Source: Waddliaceae bacterium
Lineage (GTDB): Bacteria; Chlamydiota; Chlamydiia; Chlamydiales; Waddliaceae
DNA: 64,000 nucleotides
Assembly: GCA_963724325.1 (NCBI GenBank)
Contig: CAVRUH010000011.1
Location: forward strand, 1 to 64,000
Reading direction: 5' to 3'
Part shown: piece by piece, positions 46,484 through 57,040 of the stretch
Layout of the letters: each line of letters opens with the position of its first letter
Position numbering within the stretch: position 1 is the first letter of the stretch
Made by a program: the position numbers and the translations under genes
Notes under the pieces: model-generated
Database searches by the model: none
The model's input: the letters and a program-made list of their open reading frames with translations, nothing else
Told to the model about the DNA's origin: nothing

Positions 46484-47467
46484 ATGAGCATTATATCCGT
46501 AAAAAATTTGTGGAAGGAATTTCACATCCCCATCAGAAAAAAGGGGACTTTAGGTACCCTTTCTTCATTATTCTTCAGAAAATACGATGTCAAAACAGCT
46601 TTGGATAGCATTTCATTCGATATTGGAGAAGGAGAACTCGTTGGCTACATCGGGCCCAATGGCGCAGGAAAAAGCACTACAGTAAAAATTCTTTCCGGAA
46701 TTCTCGTTCCAAACGGCGGCGATGTCCAAGTAATGGGAAAAACTCCTTGGAACCATCGCATCGAAACTGTCCGCCATATCGGCGTGGTTTTCGGTCAAAG
46801 AACCCAGCTCTGGTGGGATCTCCCCGTCATCGAATCATTCGATCTGCTCAAAGACATATATTCAATCCCCAACGCCACATACAAAAATAACCTCGAATCA
46901 CTTATAGAAACCCTCGAAATCAAGAAAATTATTAATACTCCGGTCCGTCAACTCAGTTTAGGTCAAAGAATGCGCTGCGATATAGCAGCTTCTCTTCTCC
47001 ATTCTCCCAAAATATTATTTCTTGATGAACCCACCATAGGCCTCGATGCTGTGAGTAAACTCGCTGTGCGCGACTTCATTCGCCATCTGAACAAAGAAAA
47101 AAAAGTGACTATTCTCCTGACCACCCACGATATGGACGACATAGAATCACTATGTAATCGAGTTCTAATCCTCAATGAAGGAAATATATATCTCGACGGC
47201 CCCATCTCAAAATTAAGGGAGAAAATTTCTCCCGAAAGACGTCTTATCATCGACCTTCAAAATGAAAATGATATGGTCGCAGATCCACATGCAGTCTTGG
47301 TTAAACAGGAAGGGCATCGTGTATGGCTCAGTTTTAATCCAACTATCACGAATGTTCCCGAACTTATAACACGCATCACCTCAAACCACCCTATTCAAGA
47401 TCTGTTTATAGAAAATCCTCCTATTGAAGAAATTATTGCTAAGTTTTATCGAGAAGCAAATCTATGA
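46484..47467 (+). CDS. ABC exporter ATP-binding subunit
   Basis: GPNGAGKST, VFGQRTQLWWDLP, LSLGQRMR, LDEPTIGLD. Confidence 0.93.
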   Translation: MSIISVKNLWKEFHIPIRKKGTLGTLSSLFFRKYDVKTALDSISFDIGEGELVGYIGPNGAGKSTTVKILSGILVPNGGDVQVMGKTPWNHRIETVRHIGVVFGQRTQLWWDLPVIESFDLLKDIYSIPNATYKNNLESLIETLEIKKIINTPVRQLSLGQRMRCDIAASLLHSPKILFLDEPTIGLDAVSKLAVRDFIRHLNKEKKVTILLTTHDMDDIESLCNRVLILNEGNIYLDGPISKLREKISPERRLIIDLQNENDMVADPHAVLVKQEGHRVWLSFNPTITNVPELITRITSNHPIQDLFIENPPIEEIIAKFYREANL

Positions 47468-48255
47468 AACCCTACTTGTCGATACTTAAAGCTCGTTTTG
47501 GAATTCTTTTCCAATACCGAGCAGCCGCTCTCGCCGGCCTGGGCACTCAGTTGTTTTGGGGTGCTATCAAAGTAATGATTATGCAGGCATTTTTTGCCCA
47601 GTCCTTTGTTCATCAGCCCATGAGTTTATCTCAAACCATCACTTTTATTTGGCTGGGACAGGCCCTTTTACAACTTTTACCTTGGAACCTAGATAAAGAA
47701 ATCGCAGAACAGATCAGAAATGGTGATGTTGCTTACCAATTAGTGCGCCCGTTAGATCTTTATTGGTCATGGTATTATCGGGCATTGGCTATGCGGATCG
47801 TACCCACATTCCTTCGTGCCATTCCACTATTTATTGTCAGCTCCCTATTCTTTGACCTCGCAGCTCCTGTCTCAATAACTTCTATATTTGGATTTGGCTT
47901 TTCTATTGTCCTAGCTACCCTGTTGTCAGCTTCTATTACTGCATTGGTGATCATCAGTCTATTCTGGACAATTTCAGGAGAAGGCATTGTACGTTTAATG
48001 CCGCACACAGTTGTTTTGCTTTCTGGAATGGTTATCCCGCTGCCTCTTTTTCCTGAGTGGATGCAGCCTTTTCTAAGTCTTCAACCATTTCGCGGTATTA
48101 TCGATATTCCTGCCAGGATATATACAGGATTGATCCCTTCTAATGAAATTCCTCTCTATCTTGCTTTCCAGTTAATTTGGATGTTTATCATGATCTTTAT
48201 CGGAAAAGCTCTGATCTCCCGTGCCATCAAACAATTTGTGGTCCAGGGAGGATAA
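47464..48255 (+). CDS. ABC-2 family permease
   Basis: Six hydrophobic segments; G.VAYQLVRP motif; in an operon with the ATPase. Confidence 0.88.
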   Translation: MKPYLSILKARFGILFQYRAAALAGLGTQLFWGAIKVMIMQAFFAQSFVHQPMSLSQTITFIWLGQALLQLLPWNLDKEIAEQIRNGDVAYQLVRPLDLYWSWYYRALAMRIVPTFLRAIPLFIVSSLFFDLAAPVSITSIFGFGFSIVLATLLSASITALVIISLFWTISGEGIVRLMPHTVVLLSGMVIPLPLFPEWMQPFLSLQPFRGIIDIPARIYTGLIPSNEIPLYLAFQLIWMFIMIFIGKALISRAIKQFVVQGG

Positions 48256-48258
48256 AGG

Positions 48259-49050
48259 ATGAAAACCATACGTTTATATTTGCGACTTGTCGGAATATCT
48301 TTCAGCTCTCAAATGCAATATAAAGCCTCATTTTTCATGTTAACGATCGCTCATTTTCTTTCAACTTTTGTTGATATTTTTGGCATCTGGGTCCTTTTCG
48401 ATCGATTCAAAATGATTCAAGGTTGGACCCTTCCCGAATTGGCAATATTGTACAGCATTATGCAGATGGGTTTTGCAGCGGCCGAGTCCACCGCACGTGC
48501 ATTTGATAATTTTGGTCAACTTATCAAAAGAGGGGACTTTGATCGTGTTCTTCTGCGACCTCTAGGAAGCCTTTTTCAGGTGGCTGCTTCTGAGATTCAA
48601 CTCATGCGTCTCGGTCGATTTTTCCAGGGGCTCACAGTTTTGCTCTGGGCGTGCAACAGCCTAGATATTACTTTTTTTTCTTACCAAACATCGGTTATTA
48701 TTTTTTCAATTGCGGGCACCGGTTGTCTATTCTATGGACTAATGGTGCTGCAGGCAACTTTATCATTTTGGACGACAGAAACTCTCGAATTAATGAATAT
48801 CACAACCTATGGAGGCCTGGAAACAGGTCAATATCCAATGTCGATCTACAAATGGCCTCTGAGAGCTTTTTTCACTTTTATTATTCCTCTTTCCTGTGTT
48901 GCATTCTATCCGATGAGTGCTCTTCTTAAACAAGAAACAACCTATTCCTGGATCGGCATTGCCGGACCCTCCCTAGGCATCATCTTCCTGCTTCTATCCT
49001 TCAAATTCTGGAAGCTAGGCGTTCGCCACTATCACTCCACAGGCAGCTAA
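48259..49050 (+). CDS. ABC-2 family permease
   Basis: GDFDRVLLRP, YPMSIY, C-terminal YHSTGS. Confidence 0.88.
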   Translation: MKTIRLYLRLVGISFSSQMQYKASFFMLTIAHFLSTFVDIFGIWVLFDRFKMIQGWTLPELAILYSIMQMGFAAAESTARAFDNFGQLIKRGDFDRVLLRPLGSLFQVAASEIQLMRLGRFFQGLTVLLWACNSLDITFFSYQTSVIIFSIAGTGCLFYGLMVLQATLSFWTTETLELMNITTYGGLETGQYPMSIYKWPLRAFFTFIIPLSCVAFYPMSALLKQETTYSWIGIAGPSLGIIFLLLSFKFWKLGVRHYHSTGS

Positions 49051-49064
49051 AATTTATAATTCAT

Positions 49065-49153
49065 ATCTTGCCATTCACAGGGCCGAATAAATTCGGCCCT
49101 GAAAAAGACCCAATGAATTGGGCTCGGAAAAAGACCCAATTCATTGGGCACTC
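49065..49153. repeat. Partial, rearranged family-B element
   Basis: ATCTTGCCATTCACAGGGCCGAATAAATTCGGCCCTGAAAAAGACCCAATGAATTGGG..GGAAAAAGACCCAATTCATTGGG. Confidence 0.88.
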
Positions 49154-49221
49154 TCATATTCGGAGTCGTCTTTTTTAGGAGAATTCCATTAATATATAGA
49201 GGTTCTTGTAATTATTCATAT

Positions 49222-49382
49222 AAAATAACAGGATATGCAAGATCGCAAGCGGCGGCTGCTTTAAAATAAAAAGTAATTGACATCATCTTCCTAAAATCCT
49301 TCATATCCTGCCGCTTGCGATCCTGCATATCCTGTTTTCCTTTTGTAGGGTGGTTAACAAGGTACAATATCAATGATCTCTC
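49222..49382. repeat. Family C inverted pair plus the flank shared with 25458-25565
   Basis: ACAGGATATGCAAGATCGCAAGCGGC ... GCCGCTTGCGATCCTGCATATCCTGT. Confidence 0.88.
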
Positions 49383-49458
49383 CCGTTGGGATATGAATGA
49401 TAAGAAGGTTGTTTTTTATTGATAAAAGAAAGAAGATAAATATTAAAAGGAGCACTCT

Positions 49459-49779
49459 ATGTCATCACTTATCGAAATTCATTGGACCTGCGGCAATATC
49501 GATGAGGCTAGAAAAATATCTAGACATCTAGTCAACGAAAGGCTAGTAGCCTGCGCGCAAATTACTCCATGGATTGAATCTATCTATCTATGGAACAACC
49601 AGTTAGAAACTGCACAAGAATCAAAAATCACCCTGAAATCAGAACTTGCCCAGTATGATGAAATCAAAGAAACCATCGAAAAACTCTGCACATACGAGGT
49701 TCCCGAAATTACGTACACAATTATTGACGGAGGAAACGAAAATTACCTAAATTGGGCGGCAGAAAGTGTAAAAAAATAA
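49459..49779 (+). CDS. cutA: Divalent-cation tolerance protein CutA
   Basis: LVNERLVACAQI, SIYLW, YEVPEI. Confidence 0.93.
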   Translation: MSSLIEIHWTCGNIDEARKISRHLVNERLVACAQITPWIESIYLWNNQLETAQESKITLKSELAQYDEIKETIEKLCTYEVPEITYTIIDGGNENYLNWAAESVKK

Positions 49780-49859
49780 ATTTAAATATTCTTTTGTAAA
49801 AAAATTACTTTATGGTATTTTGCTGTATATGGAGTAAATTTTTAAACAGGAAGAATTAT

Positions 49860-50225
49860 ATGGTTGCTCTAAATAAAGTCATGATCGCAGGCCGTCTAAC
49901 AAGGAAACCAGAACTGCGTACAACACCCAACGGCGTTGCAGTAACTGACCTTCTCATAGCCCTAAATAGAGACTTCACTACACAAAATGGAGATAAACAA
50001 CAAGAAGTTTGCTTTGTAGACGTAGTAGTTTGGGGAAAACAAGCCGAAGCCTGCGCTTCTTCTTTAGATGTTTCCTCTCCAGTATTTATTGAAGGAAGAC
50101 TTCAATTAGACGTATGGCATGGCAAAGAAGGGGATAAACGGTGCAAACTACGAGTGGCTGCCGAAAGGGTGCAATTTCTCGAAAGAAAAAATAGCCCCGA
50201 TCTCAAACAAGAAGTCACAGTCTAA
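49860..50225 (+). CDS. ssb: Single-stranded DNA-binding protein (short form without acidic tail)
   Basis: LNKVMIAGRLTRKPELR, VVVWGKQAE, IEGRLQ. Confidence 0.9.
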   Translation: MVALNKVMIAGRLTRKPELRTTPNGVAVTDLLIALNRDFTTQNGDKQQEVCFVDVVVWGKQAEACASSLDVSSPVFIEGRLQLDVWHGKEGDKRCKLRVAAERVQFLERKNSPDLKQEVTV

Positions 50226-50284
50226 TAGCTATTCTCCAATAAAATGTCCTGTCGTGCTATAATGTTAGTGGAGGTAATTATAAT

Positions 50285-50635
50285 ATGAACCCAAATGGCA
50301 TATACAGGAGATCAGTCGAAGGACTTGAAATATTCCGCCTTTCAGGCAAATTAAATGCAGATAATGCTGTATACACACAAAAAAGACTTACAGACGCAAT
50401 AAACGAGGGTCACAAAAAACTCGTTATCGACCTTCAAGATCTTGAAAATGTTGATAAAGTTGGAATGCAAGCTCTACTCCAAACACAAAAGAAAATTACT
50501 GAATCTAAAGGTGAGATGGTCCTCTCCTCCCTCAATAAGAAAATCATGGACGTTTTCGCTATCGCCGGTCTCGACCGCATTTTTGTCCTAGCAGGTAGTG
50601 AAGATGAGGCCATCAACAAAATGAAAAAATCTTAA
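50285..50635 (+). CDS. STAS-domain anti-sigma-factor antagonist (RsbV-like)
   Basis: LSGKLNA, LVIDLQDLENVDKVGM, VFAIAGLDRIF; adjacent to miaA as in Chlamydia. Confidence 0.85.
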   Translation: MNPNGIYRRSVEGLEIFRLSGKLNADNAVYTQKRLTDAINEGHKKLVIDLQDLENVDKVGMQALLQTQKKITESKGEMVLSSLNKKIMDVFAIAGLDRIFVLAGSEDEAINKMKKS

Positions 50636-50647
50636 TATTGGTTTGTT

Positions 50648-51682
50648 ATGTCCACTTGTTCTACCGAAGTTAAAGAAGATATAGAAAGAATATTCATAGG
50701 ATTCGCCGTCGAAGCCCAAAAACAGATGTCTGGAGAAATCTACCTCCCGAAAAAAAGAATCATTGTTCTAGCTGGTCCTACAGCAGTTGGAAAGTCTGAA
50801 TTTTCTATACAACTAGCCAAAGAAATTGGAGGGGAAATCGTTTCCGCCGACTCCATGCAAGTCTACCGCGGCATGGACATCGGGACAGCAAAAATACCCC
50901 TGGAACTACGCCAGGAAGTACCTCACCACTTAATTGACATCAGAAATCTAAACGAACCCTTCAACGTCGTCGACTTCGCCTTCGAAGCTCGTCAACAATG
51001 TAAACAAATCCTGGATCGTGATGGCGTTCCGATAGTTGTTGGCGGATCAGGATTCTATATTCATTCACTCATTTATGGCCCCCCAAGTGGTCCTCCGCCT
51101 GTTCCTGAATTAAGAAGAGCATTGCAAATGGAGCTGGATGCTTTGGGCCCTGACATACTCTACGAAAGACTTCGCAAGCTTGATCCCAAATATGCCTCCA
51201 CCATCACCAAATTTGATAAACAAAAAATTATCCGCGCACTTGAAATTATTTCCCTTTCCGGAGACCTAGTTAGCCGAAATATCTGGAAAGGACAAAAAAA
51301 TCCTCAAACCTTCGATTTCCGTTGCTGGTTTCTCAACCGGCCAAAGACCGCCCTCCACGAAAGAATCAATGAAAGATGCGATGAAATGATCAAACTGGGA
51401 TTCTTGGATGAGGTAAAACGTCTTGAAGCAGAGGGGATTAGAGAAAATTCTTCAGCGGCCCAATCCATCGGCTACCGCCAAGCTCTCGAATATCTTCAAT
51501 CTCCACAAACTGAAGCCGATCTCCAAAAATTCATCGCCGATTTCAAGCAAGCTTCAAGAAAATACGTGAAAAGACAGTTCACTTGGTTCCGCCAAGAACC
51601 CCTGTTTCGCTGGCTGGATCTCGACCTCCACGACACGGAAATTGCTATAGATATGATCCGTCAAGACTATGAAATCGTTTAG
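50648..51682 (+). CDS. miaA: tRNA dimethylallyltransferase
   Basis: GPTAVGKS, SADSMQVYRGMDIGTAK, KRQFTWF. Confidence 0.97.
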   Translation: MSTCSTEVKEDIERIFIGFAVEAQKQMSGEIYLPKKRIIVLAGPTAVGKSEFSIQLAKEIGGEIVSADSMQVYRGMDIGTAKIPLELRQEVPHHLIDIRNLNEPFNVVDFAFEARQQCKQILDRDGVPIVVGGSGFYIHSLIYGPPSGPPPVPELRRALQMELDALGPDILYERLRKLDPKYASTITKFDKQKIIRALEIISLSGDLVSRNIWKGQKNPQTFDFRCWFLNRPKTALHERINERCDEMIKLGFLDEVKRLEAEGIRENSSAAQSIGYRQALEYLQSPQTEADLQKFIADFKQASRKYVKRQFTWFRQEPLFRWLDLDLHDTEIAIDMIRQDYEIV

Positions 51683-51746
51683 TCCTTTACTGAAAAGGCA
51701 GAAATAGTGTACAATACCCGTGAAATAAGAGGTATGGCTAAAAATT

Positions 51747-53318
51747 ATGAACAATATAGAGTCCGTAAATATTCAAGAGGAAAATATTCCTGAAACTTCA
51801 TCAAATTCTTTGTATGAGGTCCTAATGAAAGAATTGGCGTCGGTTACCGACCCAGAGACGAAATTACATCGCGTCATAGAATGCATGGAATCTTCGATCT
51901 CACAAACCGGAAGCCCCAATTTCCGCTCTTTCTGGGACGCACGAAAGGTTTGCCTTGAAATATTCAAAGAACCCATCGCACCCTCCGTCAGAGCCCAATA
52001 TTGGGCCAAATACAGCGAGATTTCTAAAGAGGCCTACCGCCTCAAAGAAATGCTCGATGAGCAAAGTGCATTTGCTTCCGAACAAATCGATATGGCCATC
52101 GAAGCCATCGAAAAAGGAATCGCAGAGCTCGCCCTGAACATCGAAAAACAAGACAATCTTCTCTTCCCAGAATTCTCGAAGTTCATCAGCAGAAACTACG
52201 CCGAATATAACCTCCTCCAAAGAGAAATCAACCTCCTAAATACACTCGCTTCTCGTGTCAACTCTCTTAGAAAAGAGCTCATCCGCACCCAAATGCGCGT
52301 CAAACAAAAAAATAAATTCTTCAAGAGATTATCTTCTCTAGGAGACAAGGTTTTCCCAAGACGCAAAGAACTCATCAAATTAGTCAGCGACCTCTTTTCT
52401 GCAGACATGACAGCCTTCGTGACCACTTACTTCTCAAAAGAAATGGAAAATGGCTCCCTCTTTGATCTCCGTGAAGAAATCAAAGGACTCCAAAATATTG
52501 CGAAATTACTAACCCTCAATAGTCAGTCCTTTTCACATTCACGCAAAGAACTCAGCGAATGCTGGGATAAAGTAAAAGAAGTCGAAAAAGAAAAGAAACG
52601 TGAAAAGACCGAATTCTACCACGAAATGAAACAAAAAGAAGGGGAAATCCTTCAACTGATACAAAAATTCGGAGAAGAAGTAGCTGCTGGAACCGTTTCG
52701 TACAATGATGCCGATAAACGCATTGACGAAATTAACAGCATCATCAGAGAAGCAAGACTAGGTCGTGATGAAGTTCGCAATCTTAAAACAGAAATCACAA
52801 AAGCAGAACAACCCCTTATCGAGCAGAAACAAATCGAAGACAACAAGCGAAAGGAACAAGAAAAAGAACGTCTGCGCCTTCGCGACGAAAAACTCGATAA
52901 CCTGCGTAAAAACATTGCCGATTTTGAAGGCGAAATCCCTTCAATCGAAGCAAGTTTGATCACTGAAAGATTTTCCGCTCTCGAAAAAGAAATCGCCGAT
53001 GCTGACATCAGCGCACCCCACCGTCTCGAACTCCGCCGTCGCCTTATCCCAATTCGCGATATCGTGATCGAGAAAGTGGAAAAAATGCGTCTAGAACACT
53101 CTGGTGAAGACCTTTCCGAGTTGAAGAGCCTGATCAAAGATCGAAAAGAACGTCGTCAAAAGGTAAAAGAACAACTGGAAGCCTACCGAAAAGCAAGTGG
53201 AGCTTCAGGTCTTGGGTTCGAACAGATGATGAAGATCAACGAACAGATAGCCGAAGAAAAGCTTCGCCTCGAGAAACTCGACCAAAGCATCCAGGAACTC
53301 GAACGAAAAATCTCGTAG
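51747..53318 (+). CDS. Coiled-coil hypothetical protein, probably a chlamydia-conserved gene between miaA and rsfS
   Basis: 523-aa helical, charged ORF; the position matches Chlamydia gene order. Confidence 0.75.
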   Translation: MNNIESVNIQEENIPETSSNSLYEVLMKELASVTDPETKLHRVIECMESSISQTGSPNFRSFWDARKVCLEIFKEPIAPSVRAQYWAKYSEISKEAYRLKEMLDEQSAFASEQIDMAIEAIEKGIAELALNIEKQDNLLFPEFSKFISRNYAEYNLLQREINLLNTLASRVNSLRKELIRTQMRVKQKNKFFKRLSSLGDKVFPRRKELIKLVSDLFSADMTAFVTTYFSKEMENGSLFDLREEIKGLQNIAKLLTLNSQSFSHSRKELSECWDKVKEVEKEKKREKTEFYHEMKQKEGEILQLIQKFGEEVAAGTVSYNDADKRIDEINSIIREARLGRDEVRNLKTEITKAEQPLIEQKQIEDNKRKEQEKERLRLRDEKLDNLRKNIADFEGEIPSIEASLITERFSALEKEIADADISAPHRLELRRRLIPIRDIVIEKVEKMRLEHSGEDLSELKSLIKDRKERRQKVKEQLEAYRKASGASGLGFEQMMKINEQIAEEKLRLEKLDQSIQELERKIS

Positions 53319-53342
53319 AGCTATTACATTGAGAACAGTTTC

Positions 53343-53545
53343 TCGTATTCAAAAACTGTTTTCAACGCAAAGACGCAAAGGCGCAAAGGAAGAAAGAGGG
53401 ATGATTTTACCTATAATATGGTTTTGCAATAAATATTTTTTTGAAAAGAGACTTAGCTTTATCAACATTAAAAAATCATCAGTCTCCTCCTTTGCGCCTT
53501 CGCGCCTTTGCCCCTTTGCGTTGAAAAAAGTTTTTTGAAATACGA
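53343..53545. repeat. Palindromic element family E with CGCAAAG periodic arms
   Basis: TCGTATTCAAAAACTGTTTTCAACGCAAAGACGCAAAGGCGCAAAGG ... CCTTTGCGCCTTCGCGCCTTTGCCCCTTTGCGTTGAAAAAAGTTTTTTGAAATACGA. Confidence 0.88.
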
Positions 53546-53581
53546 TTCGGGCCTCTACGTGAGAAATATTAGGATAAACTA

Positions 53582-54223
53582 ATGAAAATATCACTGTTTG
53601 ATTTGGATCACACCCTGCTAAAAGGTAATAGCAGCTACCATTTCGGTTATTACCTATATCAAAATAGGATCCTTCCAAAGCGAAAAGCCCTTTCCCTTAT
53701 TACATGTTACGGACTGTACTATTGCGGACTTCTTTCACCTCATTCCTTAAATGAGATCGCTTGCAAAAGATTTCTTCATGGGCTAAGTTTCGATGAATTT
53801 AACGCTCATCTCTCAAATTTTATAGACAAGCATCTTGAAAAAATCCTATATCATCCAGCTGTTGTCGAACTAAACCAAGCCAGGCAACGAGGGGAATATA
53901 CTGTCATCCTTTCAAGTTCGCCAAGCATCATTGTCGAACCAATCGCAAAATGGCTAGGCGCAGACGAATCTAAAGGCACAGAATATTCTATTAATTCTAA
54001 GGGACAAATTCACTCAATTATCTCACATCTCGATGGCAAACAAAAGGCAGAGTACCTTCTCAATTTATGTTCTCGCATGAAAATAGATATCGAAAATACT
54101 ACGGCCTATTCAGATTGCATTACTGATCTCCCTTTCCTTAAAACGGCAGGGAAGGCAAAGGGTGTCAATCCCGATAAACAACTTAAAAAAATTTGTCTCG
54201 TAAACAATTGGGAAATCATTTAA
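53582..54223 (+). CDS. HAD-IB family phosphatase
   Basis: FDLDHTLL, ILSSS, K, AYSDCITDLPFL, VNPD. Confidence 0.92.
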   Translation: MKISLFDLDHTLLKGNSSYHFGYYLYQNRILPKRKALSLITCYGLYYCGLLSPHSLNEIACKRFLHGLSFDEFNAHLSNFIDKHLEKILYHPAVVELNQARQRGEYTVILSSSPSIIVEPIAKWLGADESKGTEYSINSKGQIHSIISHLDGKQKAEYLLNLCSRMKIDIENTTAYSDCITDLPFLKTAGKAKGVNPDKQLKKICLVNNWEII

Positions 54224-54255
54224 AACTGATACAAAAGTGTACAGGAGAAAAGATT

Positions 54256-56448
54256 GTGAGTACAAGATTTAGAGCTGTTGAATCAACAGCTGAACGACAT
54301 GGTATATTTCCGACAATAGAATCTGAAGGAGCTTCAATTTCTGAAATGTTTGCCATCTTGGTTTTTAATCGATCAGTCATGCAACGCATGCTTCCTCAAA
54401 GCATATACAAAAATATTGTCAATGCGATGGAAGGAAAAGAAAAGATTAAGGAAGAATATGCCGATCCCATAGCTAACGCAATGAAAGAATGGGCTTTAAG
54501 TCATGGCGCCACCCACTTTACCCACTGGTTTCAACCTCTCACTGGTGCCACAGCTGAAAAGCATGATGCATTTGTCGACTGGACTGCACATGGCGAAATG
54601 ATCGAAAAATTTAGCGGAAAACAACTGATTCAAGGGGAGCCAGATGCCTCTTCATTCCCTTCGGGAGGATTAAGAACCACCTATGAAGCCCGTGGATACA
54701 CTGGCTGGGATCCTTCATCAGCCGTATTTATTTGGAAAGCAGGCGGCGGTACCACTCTCTGCATCCCATCTGTATTTTTTTCCTGGACAGGCGATGTCTT
54801 AGATAACAAAATCCCACTGCTTCGTTCCGAAAAAAAGATAGAAGCTGCTATTTTAAGACTCTTGCACCTGACAGGAATCAAAGCAAGTCATGTGAAAACA
54901 ACTCTAGGACTCGAGCAAGAGTATTTTGTTATCGACAGAGCCCTTGCTAATTTGCGCCCAGACCTGCTTCTGGCGGGGAAAACCGTGTATGGAGCTCCCT
55001 CACCCAAGGGACAAGAATTGCAAGATCACTATTTTGGATCCGTAAAGGAACGCATTCTGAGTTTTATGCACGATTTCGAAACAACCGCTTTCAAATTAGG
55101 AATCCCCCTAAAAACACGCCATAATGAGGTTGCACCAGCCCAGCATGAAGTAGCACCAACCGTGGAGAAAGCATCAGCAGCTCTTGATCACAACATTCTC
55201 TTGATGGAGATAATGCGAAAAATTGCCCTCAACCATGACTTAAAGGTTCTTTTACATGAAAAACCCTTTGCAGCTATCAATGGATCAGGCAAGCACTGCA
55301 ACTGGTCTCTCGCGACTGATACAGGCATTAACTTGCTGCATCCTACCGAAACCCCAGGAAATAATCTGCATTTTCTTATCCTTCTTACAGCTATTCTAGA
55401 GGCTTTTTATCAAAATTCCGAACTGCTGCGCGCCTCTATAGGATCTGCAAACAACGATTATCGTTTGGGCGGACACGAAGCCCCCCCAGCTATTATGTCG
55501 ATTTATTTAGGCCAGGAACTCGAAGCTCTTTTAAATAGCATCGAAGAAACAGGAATGCCTGGTGAATCTATGGGTAAAAGCCGCTTGGACCTGGGGATTT
55601 TAGAAATGCCTGATATGGAAAAAGAAACGACTGACCGCAACCGCACTTCACCATTTGCCTTCACCGGTAATAAATTCGAATTCCGCGCTGTGGGCTCTTC
55701 TTCTAATCCAGCATTCACCGTTTCTGTTTTGAACGCAGTTGTCAGTCAAAGCTTGAATCAAATTTTGGATGAAATTGAGAAAAAACTACAAAAAAAGAAG
55801 ATCTCCAAAGAAGTTCTCTTTGAAGCTGTTTTCTCAGTAATGCAATCTCATTTGAAGAATTCGAAAGGGATCCGATTCTCCGGAGATAACTACTCGCAAG
55901 AGTGGATGGATGAGGCAAAGAAAAGAGGACTGCCGAACATCCATCGTTCCATTCATGCCTTCCCAGCCCTTATTTCCGAAAAAACCCTTGAAGCTTTTAG
56001 AGGCATCCTTACTCCTCACGAACTAAAATCCCGCTACGACGTAATGGTCGATCACTATGCTCATACACTCCATATCGAATCAAAACTCATGATCGATATT
56101 TTCTATACGCAAATCCTTCCCGCTGCACTGAAGCACCAGGAACAGATGGCCCGCAGCATCCAAATGTGCAAAACTGTCCTTAACAATGACACAGGCCTAT
56201 CACAGCAAGAGTCCATTCTTCGAATTTTGGCACAATCTATTGAAGAATCAATTCTTCTCGCCTCAGAATTAAATGAAACGCGTCGTAAGATTTTTGAATA
56301 TGCACCAGTCGATCGAGCAATTGCCTGCGGCGATCAACTTTCACCTAAAATGGATGAATTAAGAGCTTCAGTAGATAATCTCGAAACCATTGTTGCCGAT
56401 GAGTTGTGGCCATTGCCAAAGTATCGCGAACTGTTATTCATGATTTGA
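54256..56448 (+). CDS. glnA: Glutamine synthetase type III
   Basis: THFTHWFQPLTG..AEKHD, EPDASSFPSGG, HNEVAPAQHE, DRNRTSPFAFTGNKFEFRA; GTG start after AGGAG. Confidence 0.96.
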   Translation: MSTRFRAVESTAERHGIFPTIESEGASISEMFAILVFNRSVMQRMLPQSIYKNIVNAMEGKEKIKEEYADPIANAMKEWALSHGATHFTHWFQPLTGATAEKHDAFVDWTAHGEMIEKFSGKQLIQGEPDASSFPSGGLRTTYEARGYTGWDPSSAVFIWKAGGGTTLCIPSVFFSWTGDVLDNKIPLLRSEKKIEAAILRLLHLTGIKASHVKTTLGLEQEYFVIDRALANLRPDLLLAGKTVYGAPSPKGQELQDHYFGSVKERILSFMHDFETTAFKLGIPLKTRHNEVAPAQHEVAPTVEKASAALDHNILLMEIMRKIALNHDLKVLLHEKPFAAINGSGKHCNWSLATDTGINLLHPTETPGNNLHFLILLTAILEAFYQNSELLRASIGSANNDYRLGGHEAPPAIMSIYLGQELEALLNSIEETGMPGESMGKSRLDLGILEMPDMEKETTDRNRTSPFAFTGNKFEFRAVGSSSNPAFTVSVLNAVVSQSLNQILDEIEKKLQKKKISKEVLFEAVFSVMQSHLKNSKGIRFSGDNYSQEWMDEAKKRGLPNIHRSIHAFPALISEKTLEAFRGILTPHELKSRYDVMVDHYAHTLHIESKLMIDIFYTQILPAALKHQEQMARSIQMCKTVLNNDTGLSQQESILRILAQSIEESILLASELNETRRKIFEYAPVDRAIACGDQLSPKMDELRASVDNLETIVADELWPLPKYRELLFMI

Positions 56449-56455
56449 GGTATTC

Positions 56456-57040
56456 ATGAAAATCGGAATTTTTGGAGGAACATTTGATCCAATTCATTTC
56501 GGCCACATCAATTTGTGTCTTGAAATGAAGGAAAAAAGGGGACTAGATGAAATTTGGCTAATTCCTGCCAGGGTGAACCCATTTAAACTCGATAAACAAC
56601 TTCAGCCTTTTGAATTACGTCATAAAATGGTTGAACTTGCCATCGAAGGGATCCCAGGTTTTAAGGTTCACGACATTGAAAATCAAAGAGAAGGTCCTTC
56701 CTTTACCGTTGATAGTGTTCGACAGCTGACCTCTGCCTACCCCGACTATCAATTTCGACTGATAATGAGTGACGAAACAGCCGATCATTTCCACCAGTGG
56801 AAAGATCCCAATAAAATCGCCACTATGGCCCCCTTATTAATAGGAACCCGCCACTACCACGGGTCCGAACTCCCAAAATTTCAAGGAATTACGATAAAAG
56901 ATGCCTGGACTCCCATCCGTGTCCTCGAAATCTCCGCTACCGATATCCGCTCCCGCCTAAAACAAGGACTCTACTGCGGCCACCTCATCCCCCATGCTTC
57001 CTTTGAATTTATCAAATCTAATAACTTGTATTTAAATTAG
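56456..57040 (+). CDS. nadD: Nicotinate-nucleotide adenylyltransferase
   Basis: IGIFGGTFDPIHFGH, ISATDIR. Confidence 0.96.
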   Translation: MKIGIFGGTFDPIHFGHINLCLEMKEKRGLDEIWLIPARVNPFKLDKQLQPFELRHKMVELAIEGIPGFKVHDIENQREGPSFTVDSVRQLTSAYPDYQFRLIMSDETADHFHQWKDPNKIATMAPLLIGTRHYHGSELPKFQGITIKDAWTPIRVLEISATDIRSRLKQGLYCGHLIPHASFEFIKSNNLYLN

